64,000 nt of DNA, from contig OZ296659.1 in the NCBI GenBank assembly GCA_965655095.1, forward strand, positions 7,998,001 through 8,062,000, written 5' to 3'. Under the pieces are notes generated by a model. The model had not been told where the DNA came from, made no database searches, and was given only the letters and a program-made list of their open reading frames with translations. The position numbers were made by a program, and so were the translations under genes. Shown in pieces: positions 1 through 12,000 of this stretch (position 1 is its first letter; each line of letters starts with the position of its first letter). The stretch comes from Haplodiscus bocki (lineage: Eukaryota).

Positions 1-213
1 GAAGTGTGCATTGTGATGGATTTCGTAAGCCAACACTGAAACATCCATATACTTTTGTCAGGTTTCCTGAAGAGGTATCTTTAATAATTCTGATCTTTGA
101 CTATATTGGACGAATATCTAAACCGAAGAATCGTTATTGGTTAGAAATTGATGATTTCTGTGAAAATACTGGAAAAAACACTGAAAAAAATTTAAACGTT
201 TGTCAGTCTACAT

Positions 214-2562
214 GATCACCTTTTGAACATTGCTCCCCTGTTGGCTCCCGATTGAGATGTTGGCAATTTCATTGCATTATTTGGCTTCTCGCGTTAATTT
301 TCCAGTAAATATGGAATATAATTTTCCAATTCTTTGTTTGTACAAAGTATTTTTACCTTTCTTCTGAAGTTTTGTCAGTCTACAACCTTTAAGTATAGAT
401 TTCCTGAAAAGATAACCATACCGAGTTCTCTCGGGCGTGGATTTTTTAAATAAACCACGTCAAAAAAACTTCAATGATTTACAATACTCTGAAATTGACA
501 AAAGTCCTTGAAAAACATTTCAACATCTTGATGGCCCTACTGATTCTACTTCCAAAAAGAGTAGCTGGAAAATTCGAAAGAAAACTATGACTAAAAATCA
601 AGAATCAATGCCTCAAATATCGGAATTTTTTGAACTGTCAATCTCAATAATATTTGACAAAAGTTAATTTCAAATGATTGAAACTCAGAATATTATTACT
701 CTTCCCTCAAGTTAACTGCAAAACACGAAAGTGTCATATGCAAACTTTCCTCTTGACAATAACCATCAGTTATGACCCAAACCAGAAAATATTGTTTATA
801 ACTACCTTCCTCCCAAAACCACCCTCCCTCATTTTCATAAGTTTGACAATAATATCATTCCATAAAATATGATGATATCATATCATCATACCATAAAGTA
901 TGATCAGACCAACAACACTGAAAACTACCTTAAAACATGATTTATTGAACAATACTGGAAATTGTCATAAATTATGATCAAGATCCAAATTGAAAAAATT
1001 TAAATATAAGTTTCACCATTCCTCATTTTTCTGAGATTACGATATCTTTCATTTTTTCAGTGTTCATCTCCGAGTCAAGGTCTTCTTTTTGCTGCATTAA
1101 TTTCTTTTTTGATTCTGAAAAACAAACTTCCAATTTAACTTTTTTTTAAGTTTCCTTGCTGGAACAACTGTGTCAAAAGTCTGAAATCTGAAACTTTTTA
1201 ACCCTTTATTCTTCTCACAGTTTCCTTTTGACTGCAATGTTTCCTCTGTGCAATTTGTGCATATCAACAAATTGAAAACCCCAAAACAGATACCTTCATT
1301 TTTATTCTTAAAAAAATTCTCAATATTAATGCCTCTGAAAAAGTTTTGGAAGTATCACTTCTTTCCACTGATTTTGAACATCAGGTTCTGATGATCACTG
1401 TGCCTAATGAAAACCAAGGACTTGTTTTGCCACACAGCTCGTTCTTTGACTTATTCAGAAAACTACTGTTTTATTGAAGTTAAGATACCTTTATATGGTG
1501 AAATCTAAGAACTCCGAATGATGAAATGGATATTTAGGGAGCCCTTATTAGTGATCTTTAAACTGTTATACATGATTCGAAAACCTCGCAAAAAATAAAA
1601 TTTCTGTACCCAATTCTTCAAAATCCCCGAAGAGGAAAAACAAAATTTTAACTGATCCTGCATTTTTGAATTCAAATGTAATTCCTCCTACTTTGGAAGC
1701 ATCAACCAAACCTGATCTACATAGAGATAGTTCCTTAACAACTCAGTTATCGAATGATTAGTTCCAATCCACACCTCAATTGACATTGCTCTTTTTTGGT
1801 TTCAACACCGTATAAACTTCAATTAAATCCAAATCGCTAAATTTATCATTACATCCCGTATGCGTCTAAGCCATTAGTTCCATATGAGCACTAGACTGCA
1901 AACAATCAAAAAAATTTTCACTCTGCAAATGATATTTCTACGACCTTCTGTGTTTGATTTACAAACTGATTCGAATCCGATTTTCCAATCTGTGAATAAA
2001 AAACGTGTCCATCATGAGAGATAGAAACGTTTTTGGGGTATTCTTCCCTCCATTTTCACAAAAAAATTCATCTTTCAAAACACAAGTTCATCGCTCCATT
2101 TTTACTTCGTTTGTTCCTTAGTTTGAAAAGTTCATATCAAATTGGCTTGGTGCGAATTTGTGAGTTGTGATCCTTCGAAACGATACTATTTATTTACCTC
2201 AAAAAATTTTCCTGTTAAACCTCTGATCATTCCACAGCAAAGTCTTATATCCACTGAATCTGCACCCACAGATCATGACTGCAATCCAGCAACAGATGCT
2301 CAGCCATGTGCACATTTGTCAAAAGTTGTGACCGCCTACTGAATGATAAAACCCAAAAAAAATATAACACTCTTGCTTCACAACACTATTCATTTAGTGA
2401 ACTCATTTTTTGACTGCTCGACCAGCCGTCTTTATCTCGAGAAAGCCTTATCGACATAATACAAATGCAGGTTCTCAACCTGTTTCCTAAGCTCAAGTTT
2501 GTTCTTTTTGCAAAAACATATGAAAAATATTCTGAAACTGAAGATGTCAAGGATCAATTGAC
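214..2562 (+). repeat. Direct duplication, unit 1 (~2.35 kb; partner 3678-6023)
   Basis: Near-identical sequence at offset ~3464; ORFs 678..872 and 4142..4336 translate identically. Confidence 0.97.
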
Positions 2563-4050
2563 GAATATCTAAACTGAAAAATCGTTATTGGTTAGAAACT
2601 GATGCTTTCTGTAACAATGCTCGAAAGAACACTGAAAATTTTTTAAACGCATACTGACAACTGTATTTCTTTATACCAATTCACCATTTGGAACAACCAC
2701 TCCAACTTTATCAGGACCTAAATTTGTCTCACAAAGAACACTTTTTGTAAAAAACAAATACAATTTCATACAACTCAGTATCCTGATTTGTATGTCACTT
2801 ATCGTGAAGGTTTCAATATAAAAACTGGAAATGAAGAAACTAAGTGTTGTTGATGAAGATTCATCGTTCAATCAACACCCAAAGTCTTTACCATTAGTTT
2901 TTGACTCTGTGAAAAATTTTTGTTACTTTTCTCCACTGAATGATTCAAATAGCTTCGGTACTGTAGACTATGATGCTCAAATTAATACAAAGATGAATTA
3001 TTCTATCAATCATGTTTTTAAATCTATGAGTATCCAAGAACTAAATACATGACATCATATCTGTGAATTAGAACGAACACAACTGCTAACTATATTAGCA
3101 ATGTCTGTTCAAAATCCTCAACTCGCTGGTTATCATTTAACTGGAAACCGTGGTAACTTTCTTTATGTGAAAGCCTCTTTTACTTGGTTATATGATTGTC
3201 CTCAAAAACTGTCACCTCTGTATGAAGCTGATAAATGCTTTGATCGTATACCAAAATACTAACAAGATACTGTAATTTACATCGATCGAATAACAAGAAA
3301 AACTGTTGATTATGCCACACCTACATCCTGTGATAACAACCCACAGAATGATAGCATTAGATCTTGATACTGATGAACACTTTGCGCTGACACCTAAACC
3401 TGTAATACGAGCTATTCCAATGCTCCTTGGATCAAAACAAGTTCAATCTGCGATAAACCCAGATATTCTCACTGCACAAGAAGCTCCAATTTAGTCCAAT
3501 TCTGAAGTATTAAATTTTAAGAATCGTGTTCTATTCACGAAACACTCTGATATTACACTGAAGCTTCCGGGGAAAGCCATTTTGAATGACTTTTTAGCTA
3601 CCTCTGAACGAATTCCATTTGATTACTTTTCACTTCATAATAGAAACCGGTTTAACCTTTTGTGGGTCGATCTTTTTGATCACCTTCTGAACATTGCTCC
3701 CTTTTTGGCTCCCGATTGAGATGTTGGTGCTTTCATTGCATTATTTGGCTTCTCGCGTTAATTTTCCAGTAAATATGGAATATAATTTTCCAATTCTTTG
3801 TTTGTACAAAGTATTTTTACCTTTCTTCTGAAGTTTTGTCAGTCTACAACCTTTAAGTATAGATTTCCTGAAAAGATAACCATACCGAGTTCTCTCGCGC
3901 GTGGATTTTTTAAATAAACCACGTCAAAAAAACTTCAATGATTTACAATACTCTGAAATTGACAAAAGTCCTTGAAAAACATTTCAACATCTTGATGGCC
4001 CTACTGATTCTACTTCCAAAAAGAGTAGCTGGAAAATTCGAAAGAAAACT
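2558..4050 (+). pseudogene. env: Envelope glycoprotein, C-terminal half (class III, chuvirus G / herpes gB-like), disrupted
   Basis: Reads ELNT*HHICELERTQLLTILAMSVQNPQLAGYHLTGNRGNFLYV..WLYDCP..SPLYEADKCFDRIP, then hydrophobic segments (FIALFG.., GI*FSNSLFVQSIFTFLL) near 3730-3840; has stops and frameshifts. Confidence 0.7.
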
Positions 4051-6023
4051 ATGACTAAAAATCAAGAATCAATGCCTCAAATATCGGAATTTTTTGAACT
4101 GTCAATCGCAATAATATTTGACAAAAGTTAATTTCAAATGATTGAAACTCAGAATATTATTACTCTTCCCTCAAGTTAACTGCAAAACACGAAAGTGTCA
4201 TATGCAAACTTTCCTCTTGACAATAACCATCAGTTATGACCCAAACCAGAAAATATTGTTTATAACTACCTTCCTCCCAAAACCACCCTCCCTCATTTTC
4301 ATAAGTTTGACAATAATATCATTCCATAAAATATGATGATATCATATCATCATACCATAAAGTATGATCAGACCAACAACACTGAAAACTACCTTAAAAC
4401 AAGATTTATTGAACAATACTGGAAATTGTCATAAACTATGATCAAGATCCAAATTGAAAAACTTTAAATATAAGCTTCACCATTCCTCATTTTTCTGAGA
4501 TTACGATATCTTTCATTTTTTCAGTGTTCATCTTCGAGTCAAGGTCTTCTTTTTGCTGCATTAATTTCTTTTTTGATTCTGAAAATCAAACTTCCAATTT
4601 AACTATTCTTTTAAGTTTCCTTGCTGGAACAACTCTGTTAAAAGTCTGCAATCTGAAAGTTTTTAACCCTTTACTCTTCACAAATTTTCAATTTCACTGC
4701 ATTGTTTCCTCTGTGCAATTTGTGCACATCAACAAATTGAAAACCCCAAAACAGTTACCTTCATTTTTGTTCTTAAAAAAATTCTCAATATTAATGCCTC
4801 TGAAAAAGTTTTGGAAGTATCACTTCTTTCCACTGATTTTGAACATCAAGTTCTGATGATCACTGTGCCTACTGAATACCAAGGACTTGTTTCGCCACAA
4901 AGCTCGTTCTTTGACTTTTTCAGAATACCACTGTTTTATTGAAGTAAAGATCCCTTTACATGGTGAAATCTAAGAACTCCGAATGATGATATGGATTTTT
5001 AGGAAGCCCTTAGTAGTGTTCCTTAAACTGTTATACATGATTCGAAAACCTCGCAAAAAAAAATTTCTGTACGTAATTCTTCAAAATCCCCGAAAAGGAA
5101 AAACAAAATTTTAACTGATCCTGCATTTTTGAATTCAAATGTAATTCCTCTTACTTTGGAACCATCAACCAAACCTGATCTACATAGAGATAGTTCCTTA
5201 ACAACTCAGTTATCGAATGATTAGTTCCAATCCAAACCTCAATTGACTTTGCTTTTTTTGGTTTCAACACCGTATAAACTTCAATTGAATCCAAATCGCT
5301 AAATTTATCATTACATCCCGTTAGCGTCTAAGCCATTAGTTCCATATGAGCACTAGACTGCAAACAATCAAAAAAATTTTCACTCTGCAAATGAATTTTC
5401 TACGACCTTCTGTGTTTGATTTACAAACTGATTCGAATCCGATTTTCCAATCTGTGAATAAAAAACGTGTCCATCATGAGAGATAGAAACGTTTTTGTGG
5501 TATTCTTCCCTCCAAGTTCACAAAAAAATTCATCGTTCAAAACACAAGTTAATCTCTGCATTTTTACTTCGTTTGTTCCTTAGTTTGAAAAGTGCATATC
5601 AAATTGGCTCGGTGCGAATTTGTGAGTTATGATCCTTCGAAACAATACTATTTATTTACCCCAAAAAATTTTCCTGATAAACCTCTGATCATTCCACAGC
5701 AAAGTCTTATATCCACTGAATCTGCACCCACAGATCATGACTGCAATCCAGCAACAGATGCTCAGCCATGTGCACATTTGTCAAAAGTTTTGACCGCCTA
5801 CTGAATGATAAAACCCAAAAAAATGTAACACTCTTGCTTTACAACACTATTCATATAGTGAACTCTTTTTTTGACTGCTCAACCAGCCGTCTTTATCTCG
5901 AGAAAGCCTTTACGACATAATACAAATGCAGGTTCTCAATCTGTTTCCTAAACTCAAGTTTCCTCTTTTTGCAAAAACTTGTGAAAAATGTTCTGAAATT
6001 GAAAATATCAAGGTTCAATTGAC
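3678..6023 (+). repeat. Direct duplication, unit 2 (partner 214-2562)
   Basis: Direct alignment with 214-2562. Confidence 0.97.
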
Positions 6024-7790
6024 TGATTTACAAAAAAACGTTTGCCCTAACCCAGTTTTTGGAAAAATTTTTCCACGATACCAGGCAAAGATTTCTGAAT
6101 TATCTGACATTGAATTTCTGAGAAAGTTCTTCACGGATATCATGCTGCATGTTTTTCATGCTCAAATTTGCAACTGCGTCTGGAAACAGTGCAACATTCT
6201 TCTCATGAGTTGCAATCTGCTATCACTTTACTGAAACAGGTTTCTATTCCTAATTTCTCCCCCAAACAATGACACTGGAAAGATTTCAATATTGAAACAT
6301 TGCCATACAAGTATTAAAAAAACTTTCTGTAAAATTTTTGACTGATTATCTCTGAAGAAAAAGCTAACTCCTGGAAAAAATCTAATGAAAATTCTGAAGT
6401 TTATGTTTAGAGATACATCTCTCATATCGGCCTCAAGATGATGTATACTTCATCACTTGGCAGTCACAATCAAGCTGCCAAACTCTTCTCATCTCAATTA
6501 AATGATCTAAGTGACTCTGATTCCCTAATCAACAAGCTGTTAATTCATCTACTCAACAAAAATCATTCACTGTCTACATTTCATGAGGTCAAAAAGACTG
6601 ATACTGAGAACTTCAAAAATGAAGTCACCACTGTCTTCACACCAACAGAAACCAATAATTCTTCTGAAACTGAAATATCCGCAATACCAGACCTTCTTAG
6701 CCCCTCATTTGTACTTTAGCAATTCTGAAAAGTTCGCACATGAAACTGCCACTCACTATTCCTCACTGAAATTTTACGTTGATGACGATTTCTTCGCCTA
6801 AAATGACACATTACAAATCAAACAAGAATTCCCTGATTATCTTTCTTCCTACGCTGCAACTATTCTACGGAAAAATCCCTCTGCATTGATGGCTAATTCA
6901 ATTCATGATTCAATTTCAACCTACCCTAATCCGCAGATTGATTAGAATTCACCAGAAAAAAAATGTACAAAAAAACATTTACCCAATACTTCATAAACTT
7001 CCCTCGGAAAAGTAAAATGAATCCAAAGAATATGTCTACCTTTATTACTCAGAAATTTTTAGAATACTGGTATTTCTTGAAGGTGGACTCTGTAACTCTA
7101 TTAACAACAACTCTGTGATATTGTGGTAAATTTTTCTCAAAATTTCACAAAAACTGTTTTCACTGATTTTCAAAAGCACACTTCTTATTTATGAATTGAT
7201 ATATTAACTTCTGTAATCTGTTCCCCTGGTAGTGGCTCACTGGCTCCTCAGCTCACTGGAACTGGGTCAATGGCTCTCTGGTTCATTGAGTACTGGCTCA
7301 CTGGCTCATGACATGTCACTGAATCACTGAATCTCTGGATTTCAGGACTTCTGGCTTTCTGGAGTTCTGCATTTCTGGTGCCCTGGCTCTGCTTGCTCTG
7401 TTCTACACTCACGCGGTCTGCATTCAATCGCTCTCTTCTCCGAAGAGATGTTCTCTCAGAAGGATTTATTATATTCCATTGGCATAGATATGAATGTAAT
7501 TAAAGCTGTTTATCTGAAAAAACGTTGATGTTTCAACACAAATTCTGCCACCGCTCACTATATATCCACCTCGTTAGACAAAAGCCTATTTCAATCTGGC
7601 TCCAAGGTCTTTTTTGACGCATTTTTGCTCAACTGATTCTGATCACACTGATTCACTATGAGTCACCCGCATTTGAGTTCCGATGCAAGCCAAAATCGAC
7701 GCGCGATCCTGTGAAAGCTTCCCCCAGAAAAATGGTTCATACATTTAATTTGGACTCATTTCACTGACACTTTTCACAAATTTTGTTCAA
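4050..7790 (+). pseudogene. Remnants of long accessory ORF(s) downstream of env, unknown product
   Basis: Blocks conserved with the diverged minus-strand copy (e.g. NPIFQSVNKKRVHHE..KRF at ~5435-5495 vs 11150-11220; ORF 11303..11683); same sense as env. Confidence 0.45.
7228..7400 (+). repeat. Degenerate 9-bp tandem repeat (GGCTCACTG-like)
   Basis: ggctcactg/ggctctctg/gaatcactg/ggctttctg units recur with a codon-multiple period. Confidence 0.7.
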
Positions 7791-8370
7791 TCTATAGTCC
7801 CCTATCCATATTTTTAAAACTCTTGTTAAATTTATGATCACCCTAGTGTTTCTTGAAAATTTTTTCATTGACATTATTTACCCAAAGTGCTACCTGTGTA
7901 AATATAAGTGCCTTGTGCGCCCTGTAAATATTCACCTCTAATTTCTTTTTCGCTCAGTGACGTTTAATGAATTCATGTTAGAAGAAAGTGAAATTATAAA
8001 ACATACTATAATTATTTTTCCAAACCAAAACTTTTTTACTTTGAAGGCTTTTCCCAAATATTCTCTGAAAGCCGAGTAAAAATGTCAAAAGAAGAACAAA
8101 AGTCCTGAAAATTTTTACGGAACACCCGTTCGAAGCTCTTTCAATTTCGATGAAAGAATTTATTGACCCAACTTCCGAAGAGTTCAAAATCAATATGAAA
8201 TTCCCGTAAGTTTTCATGTTTTTAGGTTTCAACTAGTCAATTTTTTTAACACCTGCTAAAATATTTTTTCAATTTTTTTCAGCAAAGAAAGCACAATTAA
8301 CAAAGGGCGCACAGTCAGCAACACAAAAATCAAAGCTTTGTCTAAACACTTCCAAGAAATCATTCACTTC

Positions 8371-8390
8371 AAAAGAGTGAAGAGTGGGAA
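8371..8390 (+). promoter_or_regulatory. Probable polypurine tract
   Basis: aaaagagtgaagagtgggaa followed by c-TG, ~640 bp upstream of the inferred LTR end. Confidence 0.45.
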
Positions 8391-8391
8391 C

Positions 8392-9035
8392 TGCTCATTT
8401 TGTAACAGTGACATAGACTAAAGTTGAAATGTTTTTTTTACATGTTAATGTAACTTGGTCACAATACGTCATCCACTGCAAAAAACATTGATAATTGATA
8501 GTCTATAAATGCCTCGCACCTATAATAAAAGGTCCAACCCTTGACACTTAACTGAGAAAACTAGTTTAACCCAGTGACAACTCCAATGAACAAGAAAAAT
8601 TTTGAAAAAACGAACCTTCCTACAACTGAAACAAATCACTAAGAACAAGACTTTGACGAGACCATGATAAAAACTTAAAACTGAAATCCCACTGAAACGT
8701 GCTAACAATTTTATGAACATGCACTAAATTTCAATCTTTACATTAAAAACCCCCTCGAATGTAAGACATATACATTTAGAGAAGAAGTTCCTGAAACATC
8801 CTTGGACAAAAAGCAATTGTGTTTAAAGTTCCTATTTATCACTTTTCATGAATGTTTGTGGTCTAGATATCTATCTAGAGTTGAAGAATTATCAAAGTAG
8901 AGAATAGTGGTTTTCTCAACAGAAGTAATAAGAAATCTTTAAAAAATCAAACTACTCGAATTAGATCGAGTCCACCTTATGTGTTTTAATAATTTAGCTG
9001 GCAGCAACTAAGAACATCTCTATAAAGTTAATACA
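8392..9035 (+). repeat. 3' LTR of copy A (start approximate)
   Basis: Ends ...taaagttaataCA, matching ...taaagtttaataCA just before the PBS of the minus copy (59384); 8780-8940 aligns with revcomp of 59510-59670. Confidence 0.6.
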
Positions 9036-9039
9036 ACAA

Positions 9040-12000
9040 ATACATGTCATTTCATATGAAAGACAGAACTTAGCTTGCTGAGGTGATCATCAAACATGAA
9101 AATGATTATCATCAGCTCAGCGTCAGAATTAATTTGAGCTTACGCGCTGAAATGGCAACAAGTGAGCAATCTAGTCTGAGTGCTGATTTTTTTTTGCAAA
9201 AGGAGCCATTTTTGAGACTTTCAGTTCCTTCTTTGCAAAACGAGCAAATTTCCAGCTTTCCAGATCTTTCAAACTAGAATTTCTTTGTTTTCTTCAAAAA
9301 CTTCAGTCACAACATTGAATTGTTGCTCAAAGTGCTTTCGCTGCCGAAAAAAAACAGGAGGAAAACTCTAACAAAAGTGAAAAAAAGATAGAATTGACAA
9401 GTTTGAATTTGGAAAAGAATGAGAAGACTTGCAAAAAATCAAGTTTAAATTGGAATCTCAGAATTTGGTTTGATAAAATCGCTTTTCAAAAACGGAGTAC
9501 CTTCAGCAAAATGATTGTTAAAAACCGTTTCCGAGTTTTGGTCCATAAATTGACAGTTTTGAAGTTTTAATTGTATTTCGTATGGCTTTTCAGAGATTTT
9601 CTCAGAGAAGAAAAGTCTTTGTTTGGACAAATAAACTTTCTGAAATTTTTTGATTTCACTTTGTTCTATCAATTTTCACGGAAAAACAGTCAGTTGCAGG
9701 TTTGTTTGCGAAGTTTTCAGGATTGCTGATTTATCTCTGAGGGGATGAAAACTTATGTTTTCAGGAAACTTCAATTTCAGATGATTTATCACTATGAGTC
9801 CGAGTGAAAACATTAATCATCTCATTTTTCAATTTTTCAACATCAGTGTTATTTTTATCATGGAGGGTATCCAGCCAAGGGTTTTGAATTTTCAAGTGAA
9901 ACAGCAGAGGATTGATGAGAGGATCGGAAGCAGTTTGATCATCTAACTGAGGTGAGAAACCTTCGAAAGGAGATGAACATGAAAACGATGGAAGTTTTTG
10001 CTTTATAAAAAAGTTTTACAATCTTCTGGTTTCTCCTTCAGAGCATGAAATGCCTTGTTGAAGTGGACTCTGAGTGTAGCAATTTGAATTTTTTTCCGAA
10101 TTTTGAAGAATTGGCGGTTTGATGGAGGAAGCCAGGCGCAGATGTTTACATCACTTGGAGGCTAATATGAGAAGAAAAAAAAGCAAATTTTGTTAAAATT
10201 TAGAGTTTGAGATGTCTTCAGTAGTTGGGATCATAAATGATGAGAAAGGATTAGATTTAATTTTTTCCGATGTTTTTTCAGAGAATAAAGAATTTTCCAC
10301 AGGTTTAATAAAAAGAAACGGAAAATACAATTATAACCTAAATAGGAATTTTTCAATTGGGAAGAATTTTCAGTATAATATTTTTGAAGGAAGATTACTT
10401 TTGAAAACTAGTTTTAGTAATATGACAGCAGATTGCATTTTCCTAGACGAGTGTTGCTTTGTTTTCAGACGCCATTCCAAAACTGAACATGAAAAAAAAA
10501 TCTGCAACATGATGTCCGCGAAGAAGTTTCTTGAGATTTTCAATGTCTGATAAATCAGTCATGCTTGGTTTGCTTCAAATATTTCTCGAAATTGCTCGAT
10601 GAAGTAAAACATTTTTTGAAATTCTCTCGATTGATCCTTGACCTCTTCAGTTTCGGAACTTTCTTCATAAAGTTTTGCAAGAGAGGTAACTTGAGCATAA
10701 GATTCAGATTGAGGAATAGGAAACGAATAATGTCATTAGTGGACAATGGTTTTTTGATTCGAAAGCAGTTGATTCAAGAATCACACAAGGAATATTAAAA
10801 ATGAATATTGTTACAAAGTAAGATTAAAATATACTTTCAGTGCTTTGTCATTCACTGGATAGTCGAAGATTTTCGAAAATATTGGATTCCGTTGAGCAAC
10901 TGTGGTTGGAATGCAGTCAGAATCTAAATGTGCAGAAGCAGTGGAAATCAAACACTCATTGGCAACGATCAGAGGTCTATCATGTAATTTTTTGGAGTAA
11001 ATATATAGTATTGTTTCAAATGATCTTAGTTTCGCAGTTAAAAATTTGTATATGCAGGTTTTATTTTATTGAATAAATGTAATGAAACTGGCGAAGTAAA
11101 ATTTTATGCTACAAGATGAATTTTTTTGTCGTAATTGGAAAATACTCATCCAGAAAACGTTTAGATGTCTCATGATGGACACGTTTTTTTTTCACAGATT
11201 GGAAAATTGGATTCGAATCAGAGTATGTAAATCGAAAACGGAAAGTGATAGGAAGTTCCTTCGCAGACTGAAGATTTTTTGATGATTTTTAGTCCTTCAC
11301 TCTTATGGGGATAATTTTTTTGACGCATATGAGACTGAAAGATCATTGCAGCGATTTGGATTGAATTGAATGTTATACGGTGTTGGGACCATATATAGCG
11401 AAGTTCGTTGAGATTTGAGTTGAAATTTTTCAGTTGACAATTGAGATGTTAAGGAAGCATTGTTATGTATTTCAGGTCTGGAAGATGGCTTCAGAGTAGA
11501 AGGCATTTGAAGATTTGAAAAATTGTGTTTCTTCGTTAGGGAATTAGATGAATCAGTTTCAGGAATTTTAAAGTTTTGCGGAGTTTCTGCACGTTTTTTA
11601 AGTGGTAAAGGAGCGATGCTAGACGTTCCCTGAGTTTCCATTTCGTCATTCAGAGAAGTCTTAGAAACATGTAAGAGGTCCAAGTTTCACTGAAAGCTGT
11701 GCTATTTCGCGAAAAATCAGAGAGCTAGCTTTGCGTTGACACAGTACATTTATAATTATTAGAAACAGTGTTCACAAGAACTTGATGTCCAAATTCAGTG
11801 GAAGGAAGTAGAGTTCTCAATGTTTTGTCAAACTTACTTAAGAGGAAGCAATTCATTTTAGAACTTACAAGCTGAAACGGAGGTATGTGTTACATCAACT
11901 GGATGGAATTCTGTTTGGTCATTTGTACTAGACCAAATTTTTCAAGCAGGAAACTTATAAAGTATGGGATCAGTTTTTCAGAAATGGAGTTTTGCAGAGT

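Larger units (their letters stand above)
1..9035 (+). mobile_element. Degenerate Gypsy-like LTR element copy A: 3' half (env fragments, accessory region, PPT, 3' LTR) with internal tandem duplication
   Basis: 2560-3450 is the reverse complement of the env region of the gag-pol-env copy at 45920-46800; 500-2500 and 4000-6900 match 9060-12690 in reverse; 8780-9035 matches the LTR next to the PBS at 59384-59690 in reverse. Confidence 0.8.

Noticed and set aside
678-872. Conserved small protein (identical ORF at 4142..4336)
   Set aside because: Identity reflects the recent DNA duplication, not selection
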